Source of the DNA: an uncultured Gemmatimonadales bacterium
Lineage (GTDB): Bacteria; Gemmatimonadota; Gemmatimonadetes; Longimicrobiales; RSA9
Assembly: GCA_963798085.1 (NCBI GenBank)
Contig: CAWCRS010000007.1
Location: 1,696,001 to 1,760,000 of the forward strand
DNA length: 64,000 bases
Reading direction: 5' to 3'
The position numbers and the translations under genes are program-made. This document shows, one piece after another, positions 53,167 through 63,244 of the stretch. The first letter of the stretch is position 1; each line of letters starts with the position of its first letter. The notes under the pieces were generated by a model. The model had not been told where the DNA came from. It saw only the letters and a list, made by a program, of their open reading frames with translations, and searched no databases.

Positions 53167-54390
53167 GGAAGGTTGGCGAGACGCTGCTCGATATGATCCA
53201 GGATCAGCTCCGCCACTTCGGTCTTGGGCAGCAGCGGCAGTTCCTGTTCGCGCGCATTGTCGATGAGAACCACGTGGTTGGTGTCGACTTCGAAGCCCGC
53301 ACCGGATTCGCCGGCATGATTCAGCACGATGAGGTCGAGTCCCTTCGCAGCGAGCTTGCGTTTCGCTTCCGCGCGGCCATCGCCGGTCTCCAGCGCGAAG
53401 CCGACAGTGAAGAGGCCCTCGGGGCGTGCGTCCTTCGTGGCTGCGAGCACGTCGGTCGCCGCTTCCAGAGGTATTCGCGCGGCGCCTGTTGTCGCTTGAT
53501 CTTGGCGTCTGCGCGTGCGCGGGCCGGAAGTCCGCCACCGCGGCTGCCATCAGCAGCACGCGTGCGGCGGGCAGCGCCGCGCGCACGGCATCGGCCATCC
53601 GGCAGCGGTTTCCACGCGCACATGTGGGGCCCGACCGGCGAGTTCCACGCCGTGGGTCCTGCGATCAGCACCACGTCGCCGCCTCGCCGCCAGGCGGCCG
53701 CTGCAAGGGCAAAGCCCATGCGCCCGGACGAGCGGTTGGACAGCACCCGCACGGGGTCGACGGCTTCGCGCGTGGGTCCCGCCGTCACCACGATCACCTG
53801 ACCTGTCAGTGCGCTCGCGGCCGTCAGGGCGCGACCGATGTGTTCGACGATCGCCTCGGGCTCGACCATGCGACCCGGGGCCCTCGCCCTCACCCTGCGC
53901 CAGCGGGCCGGTTGCCGGACCAATGATACGGTAGCCCAGCGTCGTCGCCAGGTGCGCCACATTCGCCTGTGTCTGTGCGTGCGCCCACATGGCATCGTTC
54001 ATGGCCGGGCACATCAGCACGGGTGCGCGCGTGGCGAGGAGGACGGCGGTCAGCAGGTCGTCGGCGCGGCCGCTGGCGGCACGTGCCATGAGGTCGGCCG
54101 TGGCTGGCGCCACGCAGACGACGTCGGCCTCGCGCGCCACTCGGATGTGTTCGAGCGCATGGCCCGGCTCGATCAATTCGATCAGCACGGGTCGGCCGGT
54201 CACGGCTTCGAATGTGATGGGACCCACGAAGGCGCGCGCGGCCCGCGTGAGAATGATGTCCACGGCCGCGCCCAGCCGGGTGAGATCGCGCGCGAGCTGC
54301 ACGCACTTGTACGCGGCGATGCCGCCGGCTACGCCAAGCACGACGCGACGGCCCTGCCACGGCCGTCGTTCGTTCCGCCTCCGGAGTCAC
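53163..54390 (-). CDS. coaBC: Bifunctional phosphopantothenoylcysteine decarboxylase/synthase (frameshifted)
   Basis: GGIAAYK, APATAD, PAMN, TAGPTRE..DPVR.LSNRSSGRMG, AAAVADF, VGFALET. Confidence 0.94.
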
Positions 54391-54430
54391 CGCCTCGCGG
54401 CCGGCCCGCTCCGGCCGAGCCGCTCATGGC

Positions 54431-54646
54431 TCAGACGGTTCCCTTGCGCCGACGCTTCACCAGATTGAACTCGAAGCTCGTCGTTGACCAGCGCTTCCAG
54501 CGATCGCGTGGTGAGCTTCTTCTGCGCGTGGCCGGCATGGTATCACGCGGCAGCGCGTTCAGCTCGCGTGCGTAACGCGCGGCGACCAGCAGCCCGAGGT
54601 ACTTGCTTCCCGGCTTGCTGGTCTCGTCCGGTGTGAACACCCTCAT
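54431..54646 (-). CDS. rpoZ: RNA polymerase omega subunit (likely internal indels)
   Basis: SKYLGLLVAARYAREL; position between gmk and coaBC. Confidence 0.8.
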   Translation of the reverse strand: MRVFTPDETSKPGSKYLGLLVAARYARELNALPRDTMPATRRRSSPRDRWKRWSTTSFEFNLVKRRRKGTV

Positions 54647-54649
54647 TGC

Positions 54650-55291
54650 TTACTCCTCCCGATCTCCTGCAGATACCCTGCAATCTCGGAAACGCGTCCT
54701 TCGAGCCCCGGTACCGTGTCCGGCAATGCGTTCCGCCACGAAAATGGCATTCAGCGTATCCGCCGCCCGCTCGAAGTGGTCGTTGATCACGACGTAGTCG
54801 AATTCGGGCGGCGCATCCAGTTCCTTGAGCGCCGTACGCATGCGCGTCAGCTGTTCGACGCTGGCCTCGCTCCCCCGGCCCGCCAGTCGACGGTGCAGTT
54901 CCTTCGCCGATGGCGGCAGCACGAACACCAGCACGGCGTCGGGAAACAGGCTGCGCACGTTGTGCGCCCCCTGCACGTCGATATCCAGCACCACGCTGCG
55001 GCCGGACTGGAGTGCCCGCGTCACACCGTCGCGCAGCGTGCCGTAACGGTAGCTGTGTACCCAGGCCCATTCGAGCAGCGCACCCTCGGAAAGGAGCTGA
55101 TCGAAACCCGCGTCGTCGACGAAGTGATAATCGTACTCGCGACGTTCCGCGGGCCGCGGCGGCCGCGTCGTTGCGGACAGGGAGAACACCGGGTCCGAGT
55201 TGTGCTGCACCAGCGTCCTGGCGAGCGTGGTCTTGCCCGCGCCACTGGGCGCTGCCACCACCAGCGGAAACGGCTGGCTGCTCAGAGTCAT
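54650..55291 (-). CDS. gmk: Guanylate kinase
   Basis: APSGAGKTT, SATTRPPR, YGT, LDIDVQG, FVLPPS, FDYVVIND. Confidence 0.95.
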   Translation of the reverse strand: MTLSSQPFPLVVAAPSGAGKTTLARTLVQHNSDPVFSLSATTRPPRPAERREYDYHFVDDAGFDQLLSEGALLEWAWVHSYRYGTLRDGVTRALQSGRSVVLDIDVQGAHNVRSLFPDAVLVFVLPPSAKELHRRLAGRGSEASVEQLTRMRTALKELDAPPEFDYVVINDHFERAADTLNAIFVAERIAGHGTGARRTRFRDCRVSAGDREE

Positions 55292-56175
55292 TCCACGTTC
55301 TCTACCTGCTCGCGCAGGCGCTCGATCTCCTCCTTGATGCCGATCACGCGGTGCTCGATGGGCGCGTCGTTGGCCTTTGAACCGATGGTATTCGCTTCGC
55401 GGTTCATTTCCTGTGTCAGGAAGCTCAGGCGCTTGCCCACCGGTTCGGCGTCGTCCGCCGCCAGCGATGCGCGGAAGAGTTCGATGTGCGAACGCAGTCG
55501 TACCAGTTCTTCGCTGACATCCCAGCGTTCGGCAATCTGCGCGATCTCACGGGCAATGCGTTCCTCATCGACGGCAATGCCCTCGAGCAGATCCGTGATC
55601 ACGCGACGCATGCGATCCCGTTCCACCACCAGACGCTCGGGGGCGCGCTGCGCAATGTGGGCGAGCGCGTTTTCAATGGCGGACAGCCGCCCTTCCATGT
55701 CATCCGCCAGCCGCCGTCCTTCTTCGCCGCGCATCGTGAGTGCCGCGCGTGCCGCCTGCTCGGTAACCGCGCGCACCGCTTCCGGGTCCAGCGCCAGGTC
55801 CTCCTGATCCTCCCACACGAGGATATCGCCGAAGCGCGTGAGCATGCTCAAGTCGATCTCGCCTTTTAGGCCCAGCGTGGTGCGCAGCTTCTCCAGCGCA
55901 TCCGCGTACTGCCGGGCCTTCACCTCATCGACCTGCAGAGAGCCCTGGCCGATGGGCTGGCCATCGCGCTCCAGCTGCATGGTGAAGTGCACGTGTCCGC
56001 GCGGCAGCAGTGCGCGCAGCCACTCGCGCACCTGTGGATCGAACCGCTCGAGCCCGCGGGCCAGCCGCAGGTTGGGACTGAAATAGCGATGGTTGACAGT
56101 GCGGATCTCAGCCCGCAGCCGTCCCGCGGCCGTGTCCACCGCGGCCTCGCCGAAGCCTGTCATGCTGCGGATCAT
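55288..56175 (-). CDS. yicC: YicC/YloC family endoribonuclease
   Basis: MIRSMTGFG, VNHRY, DVSEELVRL, GKRLSFLTQEMNREANTIGSK, REQVENVE. Confidence 0.95.
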   Translation of the reverse strand: MIRSMTGFGEAAVDTAAGRLRAEIRTVNHRYFSPNLRLARGLERFDPQVREWLRALLPRGHVHFTMQLERDGQPIGQGSLQVDEVKARQYADALEKLRTTLGLKGEIDLSMLTRFGDILVWEDQEDLALDPEAVRAVTEQAARAALTMRGEEGRRLADDMEGRLSAIENALAHIAQRAPERLVVERDRMRRVITDLLEGIAVDEERIAREIAQIAERWDVSEELVRLRSHIELFRASLAADDAEPVGKRLSFLTQEMNREANTIGSKANDAPIEHRVIGIKEEIERLREQVENVE

Positions 56176-56196
56176 TGCATCTCCCCGTAGCCTTCA

Positions 56197-56225
56197 ATGC
56201 TAGGCGAAACCGCAGGCAGGGTCAA
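56197..56225 (-). promoter_or_regulatory. sigma70-like promoter of the yicC-gmk operon
   Basis: TTGACC-N17-TAGCAT on minus. Confidence 0.6.
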
Positions 56226-56260
56226 ACCGGAGCCATCGCTCGACACCCGTTCGAAGTCGA

Positions 56261-58072
56261 TCAGTTCAGGAAGGACCATTTGACTCCGTAGACGATGCGC
56301 GGGCCCGCGAGGCGGATGCCGGGAAGATCGCCGATATCGGCGCCGGTCATGTCATCGAAGCGCACGAAGATGCGCACATCAATGACACGGATCTGGAAGT
56401 ACGCGCTGAGCACAGTGTGCGCCGGCACAATGCTGCCGACGTCCAGCGGCGGCGTCAGCATGGCGCCGCGTCGGGTCGCCTCAATGCGCGCCATGAGTTC
56501 GAGATTGCCGGAGGGCAGCGGAATCGTGTGGATGTCGAGTCCGCCCGTTCCCAGAGAAACGGGTCGATAGGCGCCGGTCCGCCCGCTGAACCACGTCGCA
56601 TACGATCCTTCCGCCCAAAGCCACTTGCGGATCAGCGGGAGGTGCACGCTGGTCTCCCAGCCTGTGACCGTGTCACCCGGCACGACGACACTGCCCGTAT
56701 CCGTGGCGAGGCCGAATAATGCGATCGAGTCCGCCCGTACGTGCAGGAGTGCACCGGCCGCGTGCAGGCCGTGCCAGGTCAGCTCCGCGCCGCCACGCAG
56801 CACGGTGCTGCGCGTGCGGCGAGGGCCCAGCGTCGTGTCGCCTGCGTACCCCGCGGCGCCCCGGGCGCCCGACCCGAACTCGGCGAACAGCCGCAGGCCC
56901 GTGAGCAGGTCCGCCGCACCGAAGGCGTGCATGGATATGGCACCCGGTACGTTGCTCCAGCTCTGGTGCGCTATTTCACCGCTGCCCTGGAGGCGTGCAC
57001 CCACCTGCCCATGCGCGGAGAGGCTCGCCTCCAGGTGCGGCAGTGCATCGAGGTTGCGCCAGCGGAAATCGGCCAGGACGGCGCCAGAGCCTCGCTCCAT
57101 TGCGAGTCGGCCGCCCGCCTGTGTGGCGCTTCGGTCAATGTGCCGCTGCAGCGAATCCGGCAGCAGCGGATCGGCGCCAATGATCTTCTCGCTGCTGCGG
57201 CCGCCGTACAGTTCACCCACCAGCGCGCTGCCCAGTCGTGTGCGCGCCCGCAGGACGACGTCCTGACGCGTCAGCTGCTCCGGAAACGGCGCGTCAGGAT
57301 CGCGATTCAGCCGATTGCGCCGAAACTGCACTTCAATGCCGCGGTCCGGGTGCAGTACGCCCCAGCGCAACCAGGTCGAGAAGTTGTCGGCGGGCTCGGC
57401 ACGGCCGCCGCCGGTCAGCTCGACGCGCTCCACCGCCAGCCCGATGGGACCGATCAGGAAACGCGGCGCCAGCAGCATGCCGCGGAACAGATTCGTGCGC
57501 GGCTGACCCACGCCCGCGGCAATGCGCGAGTAGGGCTGGGCCGTAAGCGACGCTTCGCTCGTCAGTTTGACGAGCAGGACATCCACCCGTCGCTCGACGC
57601 GCACGCGGTGCAGGTGGACCAGTTCGATGGTTGAAAGATCGAGCGCTGCGCTGTTGAGCGGGTCGAGTACGAAACCATCCCACTCGACGCGCAATCGCGT
57701 TCCGCCGGTCGTCAACGCCGTTGCCGCTTCAGGCTCGAGGAAGACGCCGGAGCGGAGAATGGTGACGCCCGGGATGCGGTGCAGCAGATCGAGCAGTGTG
57801 ATCTCGCCATCGAGCAGAAGCTGGTCGCGGTCCCATTCCCAGACGCCAGCGGCGAAAGAGGGAGCGGGCAGCGAATCCGGCCACGTAACGAGGTGAGGCG
57901 GAGGCGTGGTGTCTCGAGGAACCGTGTCCTGGCGCAGCGTATCGGCGCGCAGTGTGTCCGTGCGTGTCGTGTCGCGTCGCTGCTGGGCCTGTGAGCGTTG
58001 CGGAACCGCGAACAGCGCGAGCAGCAGCGCGGCACGCGCGAGCGTGCGCGGTCCCCAACGACCTGGCGTCAT
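56261..58072 (-). CDS. Outer-membrane beta-barrel protein with an N-terminal TonB-plug-like domain
   Basis: Signal peptide; plug-like LLDLLHRIPGV...DG...DLSTIEL..LHRVRVER; amphipathic beta-strands; C-terminus YGVKWSFLN. Confidence 0.65.
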   Translation of the reverse strand: MTPGRWGPRTLARAALLLALFAVPQRSQAQQRRDTTRTDTLRADTLRQDTVPRDTTPPPHLVTWPDSLPAPSFAAGVWEWDRDQLLLDGEITLLDLLHRIPGVTILRSGVFLEPEAATALTTGGTRLRVEWDGFVLDPLNSAALDLSTIELVHLHRVRVERRVDVLLVKLTSEASLTAQPYSRIAAGVGQPRTNLFRGMLLAPRFLIGPIGLAVERVELTGGGRAEPADNFSTWLRWGVLHPDRGIEVQFRRNRLNRDPDAPFPEQLTRQDVVLRARTRLGSALVGELYGGRSSEKIIGADPLLPDSLQRHIDRSATQAGGRLAMERGSGAVLADFRWRNLDALPHLEASLSAHGQVGARLQGSGEIAHQSWSNVPGAISMHAFGAADLLTGLRLFAEFGSGARGAAGYAGDTTLGPRRTRSTVLRGGAELTWHGLHAAGALLHVRADSIALFGLATDTGSVVVPGDTVTGWETSVHLPLIRKWLWAEGSYATWFSGRTGAYRPVSLGTGGLDIHTIPLPSGNLELMARIEATRRGAMLTPPLDVGSIVPAHTVLSAYFQIRVIDVRIFVRFDDMTGADIGDLPGIRLAGPRIVYGVKWSFLN

Positions 58073-59589
58073 CCGGCCGATCGCGAACGCACCCACTCGA
58101 TGAAGAGGCGCGTGGGCACGCCGGTCGGGCCCTTCCGCAGCCAGGGAACGGGGTCGTCGCGATAGGCCGTGCCCGCGATATCGAGATGCGCCCACGGTGT
58201 GGTGCCCGCGAACTCGCGCAGGAACCAGCCCGCGGTGAGCGAGCCTGCGGGCCGCCCGCCCGTGTTCTTGATGTCGGCGAAGGTGCTGTCGATCTGCTCG
58301 CGGTACTCCTGCCACAGCGGCATCGGCCAGCAGCGCTCGCCCACGGTCTCGCCAATGGCGCGCACTTCGTCGATCAACGCGTCGTCATTGCCCATGAGTC
58401 CGGTGGCGTGATTCCCGAGCGCCACCACGATCGCGCCCGTCAGCGTCGCGGCGTCGAGCATGGCCGCCGGCTTGAAGCGCTGTGCGTAGGACAGAGCATC
58501 CGCCAGGATCAGCCGCCCCTCGGCATCGGTGTTCACCACTTCGATCGTCTTCCCCAGATGCGAGCCAATGATGTCACCCGGCTTGACTGCGGTTCCCGAT
58601 GGCAGGTTTTCCGTCGATGGCACCAGTCCCACGACGTTCGCTTTCAGTCCGAGCTCCGCGATGCCCTGCATGGCGCCGAGCGTGCCCGCCGCGCCCGACA
58701 TGTCGTACTTCATGTCCTCCATGCGCTCGGCCGGCTTGATCGAGATGCCGCCCGAGTCGAAGGTCACACCCTTGCCGATCAGCACCAGAGGCGCGCGATC
58801 GTCTCCGGCCCCGTGATACTCCAGCGCAATGAAGCGTGGTTCCTCTTCACTGCCGGCGGCCACCGCCAGCAGCGCGTGCATGCCTTCGCGGCGCATGGCT
58901 TCGCGATCCAGCACAGTCGACTTCAAGCCGAATCGGCTGGCGATCTCGGTCGCCGTCTGGGCAAGGTAGGTTGGAGTGGCGACGTTGCCGGGGCGGATGG
59001 CCAGGCCGCGCGCGACATTCGCGGCGCCTGCCGTCACCGCGCCGCCCTGCGCTGCCGCCCTCGCGCCTGACACCGCGTTTGCGGACGCGAACAGTGTGAG
59101 CGACTCGAGTCGTACAGTTTCCTTCGTGACTGCGTCCGTCTTCATTTCCAGCCAGTCCCACGCGGCCAGCGTCACGGCCTCGGCAATGACGCGAGCCGCG
59201 ACAGTGACCGCCAGACGAGAGGCTTCGGCAGCCTGGTCGACCATGAAGGCGAGCGCACGCCCGCGGATCTTCTCCGCCTGGCGGACGCCTTGACCGGCCG
59301 CGCGCCGCAGACGTCCGGCGCCCGCATCCTCGGGCTTGCCCATGCCAATCAGCACGATGCGTTCGACACCTGCATCCGCGACCGCCGGATAGAGCAGCAG
59401 TGTCTCGTCCTTGCGACCGCGGAAATCGCCACGCGCGAGCGCCTGTGCCAGCGCACCGCCGGCGCGCGCATCGATGGCCGCGAGCACGCCGGCGCGCGCA
59501 TCTTCGCCTTCACACACTGGAACCGCGAGCAGCGGGCCGCGCAGCTCTGCTGCGCTGGCACCCGAGACCGTGAGCTGCAGATTCGCCAT
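58069..59589 (-). CDS. pepA: Leucyl aminopeptidase (M17)
   Basis: GKGVTFDSGGISIK, MKYDMSGA, NTDAEGRL, ATLTGA, HLDIAG. Confidence 0.95.
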   Translation of the reverse strand: MANLQLTVSGASAAELRGPLLAVPVCEGEDARAGVLAAIDARAGGALAQALARGDFRGRKDETLLLYPAVADAGVERIVLIGMGKPEDAGAGRLRRAAGQGVRQAEKIRGRALAFMVDQAAEASRLAVTVAARVIAEAVTLAAWDWLEMKTDAVTKETVRLESLTLFASANAVSGARAAAQGGAVTAGAANVARGLAIRPGNVATPTYLAQTATEIASRFGLKSTVLDREAMRREGMHALLAVAAGSEEEPRFIALEYHGAGDDRAPLVLIGKGVTFDSGGISIKPAERMEDMKYDMSGAAGTLGAMQGIAELGLKANVVGLVPSTENLPSGTAVKPGDIIGSHLGKTIEVVNTDAEGRLILADALSYAQRFKPAAMLDAATLTGAIVVALGNHATGLMGNDDALIDEVRAIGETVGERCWPMPLWQEYREQIDSTFADIKNTGGRPAGSLTAGWFLREFAGTTPWAHLDIAGTAYRDDPVPWLRKGPTGVPTRLFIEWVRSRSAG

Positions 59590-59600
59590 GCCTGTTCCCC

Positions 59601-60833
59601 TCACATGTTGCGCACGATGGCTTCACCGAACTGCGAAGTAGACAACAACGTGGCCCCCTGCATCTGCCGCTCCAGATCATACGTCACGGTACGCGCCTGG
59701 ATGGTGCGCTCGATGCCATGCACCACCAGTTCGGCCGCTTCGTTCCAGCCCATGTGCTCCAGCATCATCACACCGGAGAGCATCAGTGATCCGGGATTGA
59801 CCTTGTCCTGATTCGCGTACTTGGGCGCGGTGCCGTGCGTCGCTTCGAATACGGCTGCTTCATCGCCCACGTTGGCGCCCGGCGCCATACCCAGCCCGCC
59901 CACCTGGGCGGCCGTGGCATCGGACAGGTAGTCTCCGTTGAGGTTGGGTGTGGCGAGAACCGAGTACTCGTCCGGGCGCAGCAGCACCTGCTGGAACATG
60001 GCATCGGCAATGCGATCCTTGATCAGCACACGACCGTTCCGATCGCCTTTCAGCTCGGCTTCCGTGACGGTCTGCTGCGCGAATTTCTCGCGCGCCACCT
60101 CGTAGCCCCAGTCGCGGAAGGCGCCTTCCGTGTACTTCATGATGTTGCCCTTGTGCACGAGCGTGACCGACGCACGGCCGCGCTGCAGCGCGTAGCGGAT
60201 CGCGGCCGCGACCAGTCGCTTCGATCCGAATTCGCTCATCGGCTTGATGCCGATCGCGCTCTTCTCGCGAATATCCGCGTGCAACTCATCGACCAGGAAT
60301 TGGCGCAGACGGTCGGCCTCGGGACTGCCTGCCTTCCACTCGATGCCCGCGTACACGTCCTCGGTGTTTTCGCGGAAGATCACCACATCGAGCTTGTCCG
60401 GTTCCTTCACGGGGCATGGCACGCCCGCGAAGTAGCGCACGGGCCGGATGCACGCGTACAGGTCGAGCACCTGGCGCAGTGCGACGTTCAGGGATCGGAT
60501 GCCGCCACCCACGGGCGTGGTGAGCGGGCCCTTGATGCCGACGCGGAATTCGCGTAACGCGCGGAGCGTCTCGCCGGGCAGCCATTCGGCTGTCTTCTCG
60601 ACAGCCTTCTCGCCTGCGTAGACCTCCATCCACACGATGCGCCGGCGTCCGTCATAGGCTTTCCTGACCGCGCCTTCGAGCACGTGCTGCGTGGCACGCC
60701 AGATGTCGGGGCCCGTACCGTCGCCTTCAATGTACGGAACGATGGGCTGGTCCGGCACGACGAGTTCACCATCCACAATGCGGATCTGCTCGCCTGCCTC
60801 TGGAACGCGGATCAGCTTGTAGCCTTCGGGCAT
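59601..60833 (-). CDS. icd: Isocitrate dehydrogenase (E. coli-type, probably NADP)
   Basis: [58 protein letters not shown]. Confidence 0.96.
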   Translation of the reverse strand: MPEGYKLIRVPEAGEQIRIVDGELVVPDQPIVPYIEGDGTGPDIWRATQHVLEGAVRKAYDGRRRIVWMEVYAGEKAVEKTAEWLPGETLRALREFRVGIKGPLTTPVGGGIRSLNVALRQVLDLYACIRPVRYFAGVPCPVKEPDKLDVVIFRENTEDVYAGIEWKAGSPEADRLRQFLVDELHADIREKSAIGIKPMSEFGSKRLVAAAIRYALQRGRASVTLVHKGNIMKYTEGAFRDWGYEVAREKFAQQTVTEAELKGDRNGRVLIKDRIADAMFQQVLLRPDEYSVLATPNLNGDYLSDATAAQVGGLGMAPGANVGDEAAVFEATHGTAPKYANQDKVNPGSLMLSGVMMLEHMGWNEAAELVVHGIERTIQARTVTYDLERQMQGATLLSTSQFGEAIVRNM

Positions 60834-60883
60834 GGTGGTTCTCCTGCTATTTGTCCGGGTCGCGCGCCGGCGGCGCGCAGGGT

Positions 60884-62018
60884 TCAGTCGCGCTCGTCGA
60901 TCGGGCGTACGCGCAGACCGTCCGGACCGAGATACGTCGCGTCCGGCCGGATGAGCCGGTTGTTCTCGTGTTGCTCGATCACGTGTGCCGCCCATCCCGG
61001 CATGCGGGCACAGGCGAAGATGTTCGTGAACAGCTCGAGCGGAATCCCCAGCGTGTAGTAGACCGATGCGCTGAAGAAGTCGACGTTGGGGTAGATGCGC
61101 TTCTCTCGTTTCTGCATCTCCTCGCGCATCACCTCCTGCACACGCTCGGCGATGCGCAGCCAGCGCGCGTCCCCGGCGCGCGCCTCCAGCTTCCCGGCCA
61201 TGCGCTGGAGTATGGGCGCGCGCGGGTCCAGCGTGCGGTACACGCGATGCCCGAAGCCCATCACGCGGTCGCCGCGCGCCAGCGCACTGCGCACCCAGTC
61301 CTCCGCCCGGTCCACGCTCTCGATCTGCAGGAGCATGCGCATGACGCCTTCATTGGCGCCGCCGTGCAACGGACCCTTGAGTGTTCCAATGGCGGAGACC
61401 ATGGCGGAGTGCATGTCGCTCAAGGTGCCCGCCGTCACGCGGGCCGCGAATGTCGACGCGTTCATCCCGTGCTCGGCGTGAAGCACAAAGGCTACATTCG
61501 ATCGTGCGCGCTTCCAGCGCATCGGCCGGGTGGCCACGCAGCATGTACAGGAAGTTGGCGGCCAGACCCAGGTCGGAACGCGGTGTCAGGGCATCGAGTC
61601 CCGAGCGGAACCGGCCGATCGCCGCGGTCAGCGTGATGGCCTGCGCCGTCAGGCGGATGGCCTTCCGTTCCAGCGCGGCCCGCGCATTGTCTTCCGCATC
61701 CGGGTCCGTGAAGGCGAGTGCGGAGACCGCTGTGCGCAGGACCGCCATGGGATGCGTGAGCGTAGCGCCGGTGCGGGCTATGTCCAGAATGCGCGGGTCG
61801 ACCGGAAGCGCCGCGCGCAGGCGGCTGGACAAGGCTTCCAGTTCGGCGCGGCGGGGCAGCCGGCCGTACCAGAGCAGGTGGCAGACCTCTTCAAAACTCG
61901 CGTTTTCCGCGAGATCCTCGATGTCGTATCCAGCGTAGGTGAGCCGGCCTTCTTCCCCCAGAACCCGGCTGATGCGCGTTTCTGCCGCGACCACGCCCTC
62001 CAGACCCTTGCCCGACAT
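60884..62018 (-). CDS. gltA: Citrate synthase (type I/methylcitrate-synthase-like; frameshift ~61500)
   Basis: [37 protein letters not shown]. Confidence 0.9.
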
Positions 62019-62143
62019 GCCCGCTGTTCCCCCGTCTTTGTTCCGCTTCCCAGAACCGGCTGATGCACGAAGGGGCCTCTGCGTGGCCATGTGAGACTGG
62101 CACGCGGGGCCCCAGCACTGCACCGCCGGTCCGCAGCCGGCCG

Positions 62144-62172
62144 AACATAGTGGTCACCTGCAGGCCCCGCAA
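62144..62172 (-). promoter_or_regulatory. sigma70-like promoter of gltA-icd-pepA
   Basis: TTGCGG-N17-TATGTT on minus. Confidence 0.55.
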
Positions 62173-62231
62173 GCAGGTCCGCAGTGGAAGTTGTGCCCCT
62201 ATCTGATGTTGCGCTGGAACTTCGGGAAGGC

Positions 62232-62909
62232 TCAGTGCGGCGGAAGCTGTGCGACGAGCGCGTTCACCAGGCCGGCCGCATGCGATCCGACATCGAGCGC
62301 TTTCGCGGCATCGCCTTGTGCCAGCGCCTTGCGAGCATCCTGCTCCACATCGCGTGCGCTGGCCGCCATGCGCAGCAGCCTCGGCATGTCGTCCTTGTGC
62401 CTGGCATCCAGCCGCCGCACCGACGCCTCCGCGCGCAGGCGGGCGCGGTCGACCAGAGAAACGAAGAGGAGCGACGTCGCCGGCCCGAGGATTTCGACCG
62501 TAGCTGATGCCTGGAACGACCGGGCGGCCGCCAGGCTGCGTTGGCCCGCGTCCTCGTCTCCGCTGTCCACCGCCCGCCAGGCCGCGGCCAGCAGAACGCG
62601 ATGCTGCTGGCGAAGTGCCGCTGCGTGGGCAGGGGCTCTGCGGTCCTCGGTGAGCAGCGCAAGTGTGAAGAGACTGTCCAGTCCGGGAACCTGCGAGGGG
62701 GACATCCCGTCCGGCCGCTCGATACGGGCGAAGGCCTCGAACAACACACGGTGCGCAGGCTCGCGGCTGGCCTGACCGGACGCTTGCAGAATGCGTGCGA
62801 CGCCGTCGGAATCGAGCTGATCGAGGGCGGTGGGCGAGAGATCGCAGCCGGCTGCCAGAATCAGCGCCAGCAATGCCGGGGCCCGCCACGAGCCGAAAAG
62901 ACGCGTCAT
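62232..62909 (-). CDS. Hypothetical helical lipoprotein
   Basis: Signal peptide with lipobox LAAG-C; Ala/Arg-rich helical body. Confidence 0.65.
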   Translation of the reverse strand: MTRLFGSWRAPALLALILAAGCDLSPTALDQLDSDGVARILQASGQASREPAHRVLFEAFARIERPDGMSPSQVPGLDSLFTLALLTEDRRAPAHAAALRQQHRVLLAAAWRAVDSGDEDAGQRSLAAARSFQASATVEILGPATSLLFVSLVDRARLRAEASVRRLDARHKDDMPRLLRMAASARDVEQDARKALAQGDAAKALDVGSHAAGLVNALVAQLPPH

Positions 62910-62970
62910 GCGACCGTGCTGCTGAGGTGATACAGGACCCTCGCCCGGGAACTACCGCCCGCCCAGGGTA

Positions 62971-62986
62971 TGCAAGCCAGGTGCCG
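62971..62986 (-). promoter_or_regulatory. sigma54-like promoter upstream of the lipoprotein gene
   Basis: CGGCAC-CTGGC-TTGCA, one mismatch to TGGCAC-N5-TTGCA. Confidence 0.55.
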
Positions 62987-62987
62987 C

Positions 62988-63016
62988 CGTTCCAGCGCGC
63001 GCGACGCGCTGGAACG
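62988..63016. other. Perfect 12-bp inverted repeat (terminator or protein-binding site)
   Basis: CGTTCCAGCGCG-cgcga-CGCGCTGGAACG. Confidence 0.6.
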
Positions 63017-63037
63017 CGACTGTTACGCAACAACCGG

Positions 63038-63232
63038 TCAGCTATGCGGCCCGGCCGCCGGATTGCCGCCCCGCGTGTAGAGCGCGAGCAGCGCGGCACC
63101 CACCGCCAGCAGCGCCGTTCCCAGCAGAGCGGGTCGCAGCGTGTGTACGGCGAGCGCGTGCCCGACGAAAAGTGCGAAGGAGACCGAGCACGCAGCGCCG
63201 GCCAGCAGCAGGATCGAGCGCAGGAGCCCCAT
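63038..63232 (-). CDS. Small two-TM membrane protein (64 aa)
   Basis: Two hydrophobic segments; GGAG RBS just after the peptidase stop. Confidence 0.55.
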   Translation of the reverse strand: MGLLRSILLLAGAACSVSFALFVGHALAVHTLRPALLGTALLAVGAALLALYTRGGNPAAGPHS

Positions 63233-63244
63233 GCATTCTCCGCT

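Noticed and set aside
51049..53598. 849-aa ORF that looks like a CoaBC-UDG-DnaB fusion
   Set aside because: It is a chain of fragments joined by indels; each gene has its own start and stop in other frames
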